Numbered from the stretch's first letter, positions 1 through 11,044 are shown. The stretch: DNA of 64,000 bases from an uncultured Gemmatimonadales bacterium (GCA_963718005.1 CAVQXV010000007.1:1157-65156), one strand, 5' to 3'. Program-made: numbers and translations. Notes: generated by a model not told the origin, from the sequence alone.

Positions 1-564
1 GGATCACGTGCACGGAGAGCCGTGGGACGAGAGCCTGAAGTCTCTCAGCTAGCGGTCTGCTGATGGCGATGACTGAGTCAGCCCCGGCGAATACCCGCCT
101 CGCGGACCGCAGCGAGCCGCGGGGGAGAAAACTCAATTGAAACGCGGTGTTCACCTCCGTCACGATTGACGGCGCGCCCCAACGCTTAGCAACGCGGAGC
201 GCGGCGTGACCTGCCCACAGCGCGCCAAAAGCGTGGACGACGTCCGGCCGTCCGTTCTCGCGGATATAACGACCGACAGGCGGGCAGAAAGCGCTGACCA
301 CACGCGCCCCCCCAAGGTGAAGCGGAGACCAGGCGTCCATCCGTGGCACCGGAGCACACGGTGCCTCGTCATCAGCCATCGACACCTGGAAGTGACTTTG
401 TCTCAATGCGGTCACCCCCAGCGAGCGAACGCGACGCGCCTCCACATAACAGACGCCCACTTGGAGCCGCTGCGCCTCAAAGCGAGCGCGTAGTCGCGGA
501 AAAACGGCGCCACAGTGGGCTGGTCAACGGTGGCATACCAACACGGAAGGAGCAGCACGTGCAT
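1..564 (-). CDS. glycosyltransferase family 4, N-terminal part only (gene runs off the window start); apparent frameshift(s)
   Basis: Minus-strand ATG at 564 gives MHVLLLPCWYATVDQPTVAPFFRDYALALRRSG. A second frame further on gives GAPSIVTEVNTAFQLSFLPRGSLRSARRVFAGADSVIAISRPLAERLQALVPRLSVHVI. Together this is a typical GT4 N-terminal Rossmann half. The frame changes at least once, around 420-440. Confidence 0.5.
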
Positions 565-616
565 CGGAATCCTCGAACGAGAAATTCAGGCGCAACTGTG
601 GTCCGTGCATCGCGCC

Positions 617-1772
617 TCAGCGGACCGCTGCACCCGGGGCTTGATGATCGAATAGCTCGGTAAACCCTGTCTCAAAAGCCTGCCAGTTGTAGCGATCCCG
701 CACTGCCTCCAGCCCCCTCAACCCGTAGTCGCGACGCCGAGACTCATCCTTGAGGAGTGTTGCGACCTGCTCTGCCACTGCGTCTATATCGAACGGGTAA
801 TCGACAACGAGACCGCAGCCATTCTCGGACACCAGGAACTGATCCTCGGCCGTCCGGCTGGTGAGCACCGGGACTCCCGCGGCCATCGCATCAAAGATCT
901 TCGTTGAGTAGCCGTAGTCGGCCTTGGGCTGTACGGCTCGAAGAGGTTGGCGCGACGAGATCAACACGCCAAATAGGTTGAGACCTGCTTCGTCGGTACC
1001 GTACCCAAGTAGCGGACTTGCTCCGAATGCCTGCCCACCAAGGCAAGGAATTCGCCCTCCCAGGCATTTGTGATGGGTCCGGCCAGCACAAGACTAGTCC
1101 GGACTCCCCTTCTGTTTACGGCCGCCACCACTTCGACCAGAGGTTCAATCCCGCTATATCGAGGCGAGATAACTCCTATGCGCCCAATCACGTACTCCGC
1201 ATGTTCCGGTCGCGGAGCGGCCGCAAGCCGCGACGCTCCACTAGGCACGTTCGGCAGATAGTAGATTCGCCTCACGCCCATGCCGCGGAAGCGGTCAACC
1301 ATCAGGGGTGACACCGTCAACAGAACATCAGAAGCACGCGCAAGAGCACCTTCCACCCAGCGCACGGGCCCTTGTAGCCACCCGCTGTGCGGTAGAATTC
1401 CCAACAGTTGCTCGGTATATGGCTCGTGCGCATCGAAAATGACGCGGTGCTTTGGACGCATCAGCTTAAGCACCACCCTGCGGGCCAAGTGTGCAACTCG
1501 TGGCACACCAGCGCAGTGTAATGAGACCGGAGCCCGCGCCACGTCATCCACGCCAATACGCGCCCGAGTCGATACACCGACCGCCATTGTGATCCACGCG
1601 GACTACGCACGCGCAGTCGCTCAATGTGCATCCCGTCACGGTCTTCGGTGATGCGGCTAGTCCCGAACCTGTCCCAGGCCAGCACCGTGACGCGGTACCC
1701 CGCTCTGACCAGGGACGCAGCTTCCTTCTCGACCCTCGCGTCATGCTCGAACGGATCCATCAGCAACATCAC
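617..1772 (-). CDS. GT-B glycosyltransferase (family 1/4), split over three frames
   Basis: ORF fragments 1461-1772, 961-1587 and 617-967 read consecutively as one enzyme: MMLLMDPFEHDARVEKEAASLVRAGYRVTVLAW, then KHRVIFDAHEPYTEQLL ... LLTVSPLMVDRF ... IGRIGVISPRYSGIEPLV, then YSTKIFDAMAAGVPVLTSRTAED. Frame changes lie near 1495 and 965. Confidence 0.7.
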
Positions 1773-1835
1773 AACGAGGGGCGCCGGGCCCCCGTCTCCG
1801 CCTCTCTCCTCACTCGGCCCATCGCCTGCGTCGGC

Positions 1836-2575
1836 CTATTGGGCAACGCTCGGAACCTGGCCCACCCCTCTGGTCAGGAGCTCCTGCGTTCCCTTGTAGC
1901 CGAGGTTAAGCAATGCGTCCATGACGGATAGCCCAGGCACAAACCGATCTGTGCTGGCCTGTGGGTATGGCTGGGGGACGAACTGCTGACTCTCGAGCAG
2001 CACGTGCTGGCGCGCGAAGCACTCTGCCTCCTGATACTTCGGGCCACCACCCCCGAACAGGTACGTCGACCCTCCAACGGCACGGACTATCGATGCAAGC
2101 AAGTCGCTCGCGTGCCCCTCCCCGACGTCCAGATCGCTACTTCGTACGAAACGGCAGCGCGCACCGAGGCGTCCTGCCACGAGTCAATTAGCTCTTCATT
2201 GAGCGCCGCAAGGCGATCCGGCGCTGCCTCGAAAACACCCTTCAGATCCTGAAAGACCTCACGGAAATGCGCTTCACGTCCGTAATTCGCCTGTATGGTT
2301 CCGAGGTGCTTGCGCCGCCACGGAACCAAGGAGTTACACTCGACCTCCGCTATCGATTGTCCGAACAGTCCTTTTTTGCGGATGGGAACCGTCAGCCAGA
2401 GTGGAATACCCCGCGACAAGATCTGCACCCGCTGCGTGTAGCTCTGAACCGACATTTGAACCCGGTCCAGGAAGACGAAGACGTCACAGCGCAGTATCTT
2501 GTCGAAGTAGCCCAGCCAGGGCAGGTAGTTGGGCTGATGAATCGCCACCCGCACCGTTGTCGCCGTGGAATTCAC
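1836..2575 (-). CDS. WbqC family protein, one apparent frameshift near 2150
   Basis: ORF 2087-2635 contains VAIHQPNYLPWLGYFDKILRCDVFVFLDRVQ, the WbqC N-terminal signature. ORF 1836-2180 supplies the C-terminus (GGSTYLFGGGGPKYQEAECF ... FVPGLSVMDALLNLG). The GTG start at 2575 was chosen because it lies just after the upstream stop at 2595. Confidence 0.7.
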
Positions 2576-2594
2576 ATCCCAGGCGGAGGCCAAG

Positions 2595-3299
2595 CTACCG
2601 GACGAGCCACCGGACAACTTCGAACGCTTCGGCAAAATGTGCCCCTACCTGGCCGCCTCGCGTGCGTAGCAGGCTACGAATAAAATCTTCGTCGACGTAG
2701 TCCCTTCCGAGCTGCGAGTAGTAGCACTTTAGTGCCGACAGCTTCCTTTCGGCATGGCGCTGTTCCAGCGCGACAAAGCAGCTAGTGACGAATGTCAGGT
2801 TGTTCCATGGCACTTCGTATCCCAGTATCGAAGTGCGCTTGAAAGCCCGAAAGCCCTCCTCGGCAATGACCTGGTGGTCCTGGTGCGTGTCGTGGGCAGA
2901 CGGAAGCAACACAAGATCCGGGTTGATCTGTCGCGCCCGAAGGACCAAGTCCTCCAGGATCTCCTGTCGATACTGCGGAAAGCGTCGGACTGCATAGCCC
3001 AGAATTTCGAGCGAGGTCTCGACCACGCCTAGCTCGGCCATGGCCCTGGGCATCTCGCTTCGCAATATGTCGCGCGGGAGCCCCTGTGGCACCGACTCCT
3101 CGGCCGCCGAGAACGCAACGCAGTGAACGCTGACGCCTGCCTCGGTCAACCTAGCTATGGTCCCGCCGCAGCCAAACTCAGCATCGTCTGTGTGCGGAGC
3201 GAGCACCAGTACCCTCTCGAATGGCAGCATCTGATCGGGCAAACCTCCTCTGTCCACGGTCGCCAACGGGTTCTCGCATGCCCTGGAACACACGGCCAT
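2595..3299 (-). CDS. PIG-L (LmbE-like) family deacetylase
   Basis: Intact 234-aa ORF containing RVLVLAPHTDDAEFGCGGTIARL and PSAHDTHQDHQ metal-site motifs. An alternative internal start (MLPFERV) lies at 3230. Confidence 0.8.
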   Translation of the reverse strand: MAVCSRACENPLATVDRGGLPDQMLPFERVLVLAPHTDDAEFGCGGTIARLTEAGVSVHCVAFSAAEESVPQGLPRDILRSEMPRAMAELGVVETSLEILGYAVRRFPQYRQEILEDLVLRARQINPDLVLLPSAHDTHQDHQVIAEEGFRAFKRTSILGYEVPWNNLTFVTSCFVALEQRHAERKLSALKCYYSQLGRDYVDEDFIRSLLRTRGGQVGAHFAEAFEVVRWLVR

Positions 3300-3349
3300 A
3301 GCCCCACAACGGGTTCCCCGCCCTGTGGCTCGACTGGTCCCTGAAGGTA

Positions 3350-3991
3350 CTACCTGTAAAGATAGACTGTGAAATCGTTGACCCGGTAGTCGTGCCTCAG
3401 CACAATGCGCGGTGTGATGGCTTGCTGCAGGTCACCAAGCACATCAGAGGGCCTCGCATAGTGACTCTCTCGGTCTTTGGCGGCGCTATAGACGCTCAAG
3501 AAATTCACGGCGACGGCAACACGACAACAGGCGAACATCCGAGCGACAATCTGAGACACGTACTCCTTCCAGAGGGGGTGCGGCAGGAAGAACAGGCCAG
3601 ACCCCAGCAGGAAGTCGTAGCTGCCGTCAGGGAACGGCTGTTCATCCAGATCCCGGCATTCCAGCCGCGCACCCGGATGCTGCTTCCGCGCAATCTCGAT
3701 CATCTCCGGGGACAGGTCGATGCCGCAGTACGTCGCGGGCGGCGTCCCAGCCTCTTGCAGATAGGTGATCAGATCGCCAAACCCGCACCCAACATCGAGC
3801 ACAGACCTGCCCGACAGGCCACCGACTGCGCAGAGAACCTCAAAGCGCGTCCGCTGGGATGCCGAGCTGTTCCACAGCGCACGGACGTCCTCGCCGTAGG
3901 TTGCGAGCCGGCGGCGAAAATGATCGACGTACGACCGCTTGTAGGCGGCGAGCTGGCCCCGCAGACCGCCTGCTACGTCGGGTTCGCCCAC
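3350..3991 (-). CDS. class I SAM-dependent methyltransferase
   Basis: ORF 3350-4057 contains SVLDVGCGFGDLITYLQEAG (motif I) and CGIDLSPEMIEIARK. The GTG at 3991 is preferred because the longest start overlaps the upstream DegT gene by 40 nt. Confidence 0.75.
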   Translation of the reverse strand: MGEPDVAGGLRGQLAAYKRSYVDHFRRRLATYGEDVRALWNSSASQRTRFEVLCAVGGLSGRSVLDVGCGFGDLITYLQEAGTPPATYCGIDLSPEMIEIARKQHPGARLECRDLDEQPFPDGSYDFLLGSGLFFLPHPLWKEYVSQIVARMFACCRVAVAVNFLSVYSAAKDRESHYARPSDVLGDLQQAITPRIVLRHDYRVNDFTVYLYR

Positions 3992-4016
3992 TTTGCCCCT
4001 CAACGAAGTGCGATTC

Positions 4017-5146
4017 TCAGCGGTAGAAGGACCGCACGGCGTCGGCCACCCGCCCAACGTCGCTCTCGGTCAGCTCCGCGAACATCGGCAGGCTCAGCAG
4101 CCGATCCGAGGTCCGCTCCGTCACCGGGAAACGCCCCTTGAAGCCCAAGTGCGCGTACGCCTTCTGCAGGTGCAGCGGCAGCGGATAGTGCAGCCCGGTG
4201 CCGATGCCGAGCTTGCCGAGGTGCGCCTGCAGCTCGGCGCGCCGGTCGGCCCGGATGACGAACAGGTGGTAGACGTGGCGGGCCCACTTGGCTTCCTGCG
4301 GCGCTCCACCTCGGCGATGCCGGCGAGCGCCTCGCGATACCATGCCGCCGCCCGCCGCCGGCCCTCGATCCAACTCTCGAGGTGCGGCAGCTTGATGCGA
4401 AGGAACGCCGCCTGGATGGCGTCGAGTCGGCCGGTGTAGCCCTCGGTCTCGTGGAAGTACTTCTCGCCCTGCCCGTGCTCGCGGAGCCGCCGACCGCGTC
4501 GAGCAGCTCGGCCTTGTCGCCGGTGACCGCGCCGGCGTCGCCGCAGGCGCCGAGGTTCTTGCCGGGATAGAAGCTGAAGGCGGCCAGGTCGCCGATGCTC
4601 CGACCTTGCGCCCGCGGTACGCGGCGCCGTGCGCCTGGCAGGCATCCTCGAGCACCCAGAGGCCGCGGGCCTTCGCGATGGCGAGGATCGGGTCCATGTC
4701 GGCGGGATGCCCGTACAGATGGACCGGCAGGATGCCCACCGTGCGCGGCGTGATGGCGGCCTCGATCCGCGCCGGATCAATCGTCATCGTCCGCTCGTCG
4801 ATGTCTACGAACCGAGCGTACCGCCCGCCTGCGTGACGGCCTCGGTCGTGGCGATGAACGTGTGCGGCGTCGTGATGACCTCGTCGCCGGGCTTGAGGCC
4901 CAGGGCCTCAAGCGCGAAGCGCAGCGCGTCAGTGCCGCTCGCCACGCCGGCGCAGCCGCGGGACGCCCACGTACGAGGCGAACTCCGCCTCGAAGGCGGT
5001 CACCTCGGGTCCGTTGATGAAGCGCGCGCCGCGCACCGCGCGCGCGGAAGGCCTCGACCAGCTCGTTCTCCAGCGCCTTGTGCTGCGTCACCAAGATCCA
5101 GAAACGGGATCGGAGCGGCGCTCGTCCCCGCGGTCATCGTTGCCAT
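4017..5146 (-). CDS. DegT/DnrJ/EryC1/StrS family aminotransferase (WbpE-like), several frameshifts
   Basis: The pieces lie in different frames: [19 protein letters not shown]; [15 protein letters not shown]; [44 protein letters not shown]; [36 protein letters not shown]; [41 protein letters not shown] ... [14 protein letters not shown]. Confidence 0.75.
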
Positions 5147-5154
5147 GGACTCGC

Positions 5155-5647
5155 TCACAGTTCCTGAGGTTGGAGCATCCGGAGCACGCGGGCGGGATTC
5201 CCCACCACGACGGCGCCCGGGGGAACGTCCTTGGTCACCACCGAGCCGGCGCCCGACGAGCGCCGACTCGCCGATCGTGACTCCGGCGAGAACCACGGAG
5301 CCAGTGCCGATCGCCGCCCGGCGCTTGACCAGCGTCGGCGTGCACGTCCACTCGGCCTCGGTCTTGAGGCCGCCCGCCGCCGCCGTGGACCGCGGCACCA
5401 GATCGTTGATGAAGTTCACGTTGTGGCTGACGAACACTTCGTCCTCGATCGTCACGCCCTCGCAGATGAACGTGTGGCTCTGGATCTTGCAGCGGCGCCC
5501 GATCCTGACGCCCTTCTGGATCTCCACGAAGGTGCCGACCCGGGTCTCGTCGCCGATCTCGCAGCCATAGAGGTTCACGAACGCGTAGATCTTCACGTCG
5601 CGCCCCAGCTTCACGTCCGGCGCGATGCGCTGATACATCTCGTCCAT
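5155..5647 (-). CDS. hexapeptide-repeat (left-handed beta-helix) sugar N-acetyltransferase, WbpD/WxcM-like; one frameshift near 5252
   Basis: MDEMYQRIAPDVKLGRDVKIYAFVNLYGCEIGDETRVGTFVEIQKGVRIGRRCKIQSHTFICEGVTIEDEVFVSHNVNFINDL. After removing one C from the ccc run at 5252-5254 the C-terminus reads VGAGSVVTKDVPPGAVVVGNPARVLRMLQPQEL, with a stop at 5155. Confidence 0.75.
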
Positions 5648-5754
5648 TCCCAGCCCCGTGGCAATCGCTCTCCCTCCGCCCGCACTCTACCCGCGCCCCC
5701 AATGTGCGCCTAGTCGTCTCCTGTGCACCGGACGGGCATTGCCGCCCCTGTTGC

Positions 5755-6952
5755 CTAAACCCCGGCCCCCACCCCACGATTCGCCGTCCCTCGTCTCTCA
5801 GTCCTCTCCGCTACCCCACGCACGAGGGTAACGAACGTGTCCTCAACCTCTTGCCACGACCGTGCAATAGGGAGTTGTTGCGCGCGCAATGCCCTAGCCC
5901 TCGCCTCCGCCGGATCGTCCAATGTGCTAGCCACCGCATCAGCCAGTGCGCCGGCACTGCAGTCATGCACAAAGCGCACCGTGTCCGCAGGGAAGTAATA
6001 CGCCACCGCACGAGTCCACGTCACAACCACCGGGATGCCTAGCCGAACGAATTCCATCAGCTTGGTCGACAATACCACATCGATGAAAGGGTCTCTCACC
6101 ACCGGAACAACGCCGATTCCGACATCCTCCAACTTCGGGACAAGTTCCTCCATCCTGAGCCGGCGACCGCCAATGTCCACCGCGCCGGCCACGCCGCTTG
6201 ACACAGACATCCGGTCGGCAGGGCCTCCACCGCATCGCCGTCACCCCAGATGGAACATCGAACGTCGCGGCCACGATTCCGCAGAATCTCATGGCCTCCA
6301 CGAGCGTACTGACGCCCATCCGCGCGGCGACGGTGCCATGGTACCCAACGTGACCGGATGGCGACCGCGGGCGCAGCAACGGAAACAAGACTCCGTCCGG
6401 GTGGTTCAGCACCACGGTAACCTTGCGCGCTGGAGTGCCACGGGACTCGGTAACAACACGATGCAGCTCGGTGGATACACCAGAACGGCATCCGCAACCG
6501 CAGACGCGAGGCGCTCTTCCGCGGCTAGCATCCAAGCTACGACTCGGGTCCAGACTCGGACGCCGAACTTGCTCAGGAACAATTCTGGACCCGGGTCCGT
6601 GGATGTCCAATATGAGCCGAGCCCCACGCAGGCGAGCCGGCACGCCCGCGAGGATCACGCTATTAGGCACATTGTTCGCGTGAATCACGTGAATGGTCCG
6701 GCGCCTGTTCACTCGGCACACCATCCGGGCCGCCCAAAACACAAAGCCCAGGTAGGCGGAGGCGTACCGGGCAAGGGCGCTGCCCCGGTAGCGACGACGA
6801 CGACGGCGCAATAGCACCACCCCGTTGTGTCGCCCGACTGAATGCTCACCGTCGGCCGCGAGCCCGACCTGATACACTCGCCAGCCAGCGCGCACCATCG
6901 CCTCGCAATGGCGGCGCACGCGAGGGTCCGTCGGCTCGTGGGAATACGCCAC
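5755..6952 (-). CDS. GT-B glycosyltransferase (family 1/4), frameshifted; start uncertain
   Basis: N-terminal part in ORF 5963-7093: VAYSHEPTDPRVRRHCEAMVRAGWRVYQVGL ... IHVIHANNVPNSVILAG ... RLILDIH. C-terminal part in ORF 5755-6210: VGIGVVPVVRDPFIDVVLSTKLMEFVRLGIPVVV. The middle section is readable only by switching frames. Confidence 0.6.
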
Positions 6953-7064
6953 CGATACGTAGGTCTTTCGCGCTAAGCGGGGTTGTTGCGAAGGAACCGA
7001 GTCCGCGTCGGCATGGCGCGGCCCACTGCGTCCGCCAGGTCCCGCTCGTAAGACCCGGGGAATA

Positions 7065-8145
7065 CTACCTTGTTGCTTCAGTGCCCCAACCAACTGCTCG
7101 CGCTCCGGCGCGAAGCGCGACTGGCAGCCCCCCCTCCGCGATGGACCGCTGTGCCGCCTCCAGCAAGCGGACCACCCTAAGACCCGCTGCGCCGTCAGAC
7201 ACCAGCGCGCTCTCGCCGCGGACCGCCTTGAAGACGTTGTCCACCTCGACGGCCAGGGCTTCCTTGCCGTCGAGCTGCGGCGCCACCATGTCGCCCGACC
7301 GGTACGACACCAGCGACTTGTACGGATCGTCGCCCTCGTCCGCGAACGAGACGCCCTTGTCGTACACCTTGATCTTCTCGCTCGGCTGCACGTCGTCGTA
7401 CACCACCATCTTCTTGCTGCCGCCCAGGATGAGCTGCCGCACCTTGGCCGGCGCCAGCCAGTTCACGTGCACGTGGGCGAGGAACGAGTTCGGGTACTTG
7501 ATCGTGATGTAGGCGATGTTCTCGGTCGGGCTCCGGCCGTGGGCCACGCCCACCGCCAGGATCTCCTCCGGCTCGCCGCCCACCAGGAAGTCCAGGATCG
7601 AGATGTCGTGCGGCGCCAGGTCCCAGATGACGTTGATGTCGCGCTGGAACAGGCCCAGGTTCACGCGCACCGAGTCGAAGTAGTACAGCTCGCCGAGCGC
7701 GCCGCTCGCCGACCAGCTCCTTCATCTTCTTCACCGCGCCCGTGAACACGAACGTGTGGTCCACCGCCAGCAGCACGCCCTTCTTCGCGGCCAGCGCCTC
7801 CAGCTCCTCCGCCTGCTCCACCGACGAAGTCAGCGGCTTCATCACCAGCACGTGCTTGCCGGCCACGAGCGCCGCCTTGGCCAGCTCGTAGTGCGTCGCG
7901 GTCGGCGTCGCCACCACCACCAGGTCCAGCTGCTTGTCGCCGAACAGCGCCTCGGGGCGCTCCGTGATGGTGGGCACCCGGTACTCCGCCCCCGTGCGCT
8001 CCGCCCGCTTCAGGTCCCGGTCGCACACCGCCTCGACCTTCACGTCGGGGTGGCGCGCGAAGTTGCGCACCAGGTTGGGACCCCAGTATCCGCATCCGAT
8101 CACGCCCACGCGCAGCGGCGGCATGCCAGCCTCTTTCATCGGCAC
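7065..8145 (-). CDS. Gfo/Idh/MocA family oxidoreductase (WbpB-like UDP-sugar dehydrogenase), one frameshift near 7680
   Basis: N-terminal Rossmann fold in ORF 7195-8145 (LRVGVIGCGYWGPNLVRNFARHPDVKVEAVCDRD ... GKHVLVMKPLT). C-terminal domain in ORF 7065-7670 (NVIWDLAPHDISILDFLVG ... AHVHVNWLAPAKVRQLILGGSKKMVVYDD). Confidence 0.8.
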
Positions 8146-8152
8146 CGGCGGC

Positions 8153-9801
8153 TCACGCCGCCCGGCCGGAATTGAACAGAACGACGGGAATGGTCCGGAA
8201 CAGGATCCTGAGATCCAGCCACAGCGACCACCGCCGGACGTAATCCATGTCCAGCTCGCACATCTGCCGGTAGGTGAGCAGGTTCCGTCCCGACACCTGC
8301 CACAGGCCGGTGATACCGGGCGGCACCTGCAGGCGCCCGTACTGCCAGCGGTCGTACTTCTCCACCTCGTACGCCACCGGCGGCCGCGGCCCCACCAGGC
8401 TCATCTCGCCGTTCACGACGTTGAAGATCTGCGGCAGCTCGTCGAGCGAGTAGCGCCGCAGCCAGGCGCCCACCCGCGTGACCCGGTCGTCCTGGACGAG
8501 CTTGTAGACCTTCGCGCCGTCCGCCGCCGTGGTCGCCGTGCTCGAGTCGTCGTCGGTGAGCATCCGCGTCACCAGGTCGCGATGCGCCGCGTCGGACGCC
8601 CCGTGCGTCATCGTCCGGAACTTCCACACGCGGAAGCGGCTCCCGCCCTGCCCCAATCGCTCCTGACGGAAGAACACCGGCCCCCGGGAATCGAGCTTGA
8701 TGGCCGCGGCGATCAGCGCCATCACCGGGGCCGTCACGAGCAGCGACGCGAACGCGCACGTCAGATCGAAGGCGCGCTTGACGTACAGCTGCCACCCGCG
8801 CAGGCTGGGGGTCGAAAGCTCGATCAGGTAGTGCCCGCCGTACGACATCACGCGCGGCTCGACGCCGGCCAGGCCGAACTGCCGCGGCACCGACAGCAGC
8901 TGGCAGCCGGCCGTGAGCGCCGCGTCCACGACGTCGTTCAGCCGGTCCTCGGGGATGGCGCCGCACAGCACGACGGTCTCGGCTTCGGACTCGTGGAGCA
9001 GGCGCGCGAAGTCGTTGACGTGGCCGAACGCCTCCGGCGAGGGCGGCACCGCCACGTCCACGATCCCGACCGACCGGTACCCGGCGTCCTCGCTCAGGGC
9101 GGGACTCTCGATGGCCTGGCGGCAGCGCTCGGGCTCGCCCACCAGCAGCGTGCGCACCGCGTGCTGCGCCGGCGGCGCGACATGCGCGACGAGCCGGTCG
9201 AGCGTCTGGCGCTCGATCACCAGCCCGATCCACACCAGGATCGTCGTGACGACGTACTGCGCCAGCACGCCCTCGGCGCCCGCCGTCCAGATCCGCATCC
9301 ACATCGGCAGCGCCGTGGCCAGCGCGCAGGCCAGGAACAGCCGCCTCGGGTCCCGGCGCCGGTCGCCGCCGCGGCCGTAGTTGCCGGTCAGGAGCAGGCT
9401 CAGCACCAGCGCGAAGGCGTACTGGGAGCCGTTGAGCATGCCGCGCGGCGCCGCCTCGCGCAGGCGTCTGCGCCGCCGCCGCGCCCGACGGCCGAGTAGT
9501 CGCGCACCGCGCGGAGCAGCGCGCGCATGACCCAGTACGCCGCCAGGTCGGCCACGACGAGCACGACGAACCGGCGCACCGCCCGCGCCACGTGGCGCCG
9601 GCGGTTGCCCGGCGCGCGGCGCTGCAGGCGCAGCCGGACCCGCGTGTCTTCGTTCGCGGCCGCGCGCACCGTCTCGGGCGTCGCGCGGCTCGAGGCGCAG
9701 GCGAGCCGACCGCCCCTCGAGTCGCCGGAGCGGCGGCCGATGAGGCCAGTGGATTCGCCGTCCGGAGACGGCATCGTCAGATCAGTGGGGGCCGCTTCCA
9801 C
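8153..9801 (-). CDS. undecaprenyl-phosphate sugar phosphotransferase (WbaP/exopolysaccharide priming enzyme), one frameshift near 9450
   Basis: ORF 8153-9439 ends with the bacterial sugar-transferase domain: KRAFDLTCAFASLLVTAPVMALIAAAIKLDSRGPVFFRQERLGQGG ... FRVWKFRTM ... DELPQIFNVVNGEMSLVGPRP. ORF 9400-9801 supplies the first TM segment (RRFVVLVVADLAAYWVMRALL). The exact start is uncertain. Confidence 0.8.
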
Positions 9802-9871
9802 AAGGCCTTAATTGTAGCTCCCGCGCGACAGTTCCACTACCTCGGGTGCCGCGCCGTTGTTGTGATGCAAC

Positions 9872-11044
9872 TCACACCCCCGCTGGCGGTTGCGGGCCCC
9901 GCCTGAGCTTGAGCTTCAGGCTTTCGACCCCGCCCTTCGTGATGGCGCTGGTCCCGGCCGCTTCCCAGCCCCGCGCCTCGGCGTCGCGCAGCCTCGCCTC
10001 GCGCTCGTTCGACGACAGGCGGTCCACCTTGTTGAGAGCCACGATCACCCGGGGCCCGGAGGCCGGCGCTCCGCCGCCGCCCCCGCCGTCGGCCACCAGG
10101 CCGTGCAGGACCTCCATCACCACCTCCGCCTGCAAGTCCCAGGCCGGATGGCTCGCATCCACAACGTGGACAATGACATCCGCGTCCGCCGCCTCCTCCA
10201 GCGTGGCCCGGAAACTGGCCACCAGGTCGTGCGGCAGCTTGCGGATGAACCCCACGGTGTCGGTGAAACGAACACGAGTTAGTGGGTTGTGGGTCGTAGG
10301 TTGTGGAGAGAACCTCACCTCGCGGCTCTGGGTGTCGAGCGTCGCGAACAGCCGATCCTCGACGTGCGCCTCGGCGCCGGTCAGGGCCCGCAGCAGGCTC
10401 GACTTGCCGGCGTTCGTATAACCGACCAGCGCCACGCGCAGGACGTCACGCTCGCGCGTGCGCCCGCGGAGCCGGGCCCGGTGGTCCGCCACCTCGGTCA
10501 GCTTGGTCTTGAGGGCGCCGATCTTGGTGCGGATCATCCGGCGGTCGGTCTCGAGCTGCGTCTCGCCGGGCCCGCGGAGCCCGATGCCGCCCCGGATGCG
10601 CGAGAGGTGCGCCCACATCCGCGTCAGCCGCGGCAGCAGGTACTCGAGCTGCGCCAGCTCGACCTGCATCTTGGCCTCGCGGCTCCGCGCGCGGATGGCG
10701 AAGATGTCGAGGATGACCTCGGTGCGGTCCATCACCCGCATGCCGAGGGCCTCCTCGAGGTTCTTGCCCTGCCTGGGGCTCAGCTCCTCGTCGAACACCA
10801 CCACGGTGGCGCCGATGTCGCGCACCTGGCGGCCGATCTCCTCCGCCTTGCCGCGGCCGATGTAGAGGTCGGGCGTGGGAGAGGCGATGTGCTGGACGAC
10901 GCGATCCGCGACGGCGGCGCCGGCCGTGTCCACCAGCCGCGCCAGCTCGTCCAGGTGCTCCTCGACGTCGCGCGCGTCGGCGCTGCCCTTCTTGGGCGCG
11001 CCCACCAGCAGCGCCCGCTCCACCGGCGCCGCGGTTGACTTCAT
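9872..11044 (-). CDS. hflX: GTPase HflX
   Basis: Intact 390-aa ORF with the HflX N-domain (DRTEVILDIFAIRARSREAKMQVELAQLEYLLPRL) and the G-domain motifs GYTNAGKSSLL, DTVGFIRKLPHDLV and NKVD. Confidence 0.9.
   Translation of the reverse strand: MKSTAAPVERALLVGAPKKGSADARDVEEHLDELARLVDTAGAAVADRVVQHIASPTPDLYIGRGKAEEIGRQVRDIGATVVVFDEELSPRQGKNLEEALGMRVMDRTEVILDIFAIRARSREAKMQVELAQLEYLLPRLTRMWAHLSRIRGGIGLRGPGETQLETDRRMIRTKIGALKTKLTEVADHRARLRGRTRERDVLRVALVGYTNAGKSSLLRALTGAEAHVEDRLFATLDTQSREVRFSPQPTTHNPLTRVRFTDTVGFIRKLPHDLVASFRATLEEAADADVIVHVVDASHPAWDLQAEVVMEVLHGLVADGGGGGGAPASGPRVIVALNKVDRLSSNEREARLRDAEARGWEAAGTSAITKGGVESLKLKLRRGPQPPAGV
10282..10306. repeat. degenerate G/T-rich heptad tract (GTGGGTTGTGGGTCGTAGGTTGTGG) inside hflX
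   Basis: On the coding strand it reads CCACAACCTACGACCCACAACCCAC and is translated as PQPTTHNP. The same word family occurs at 24210-24239, 26691-26718 and 26857-26881. Confidence 0.6.
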
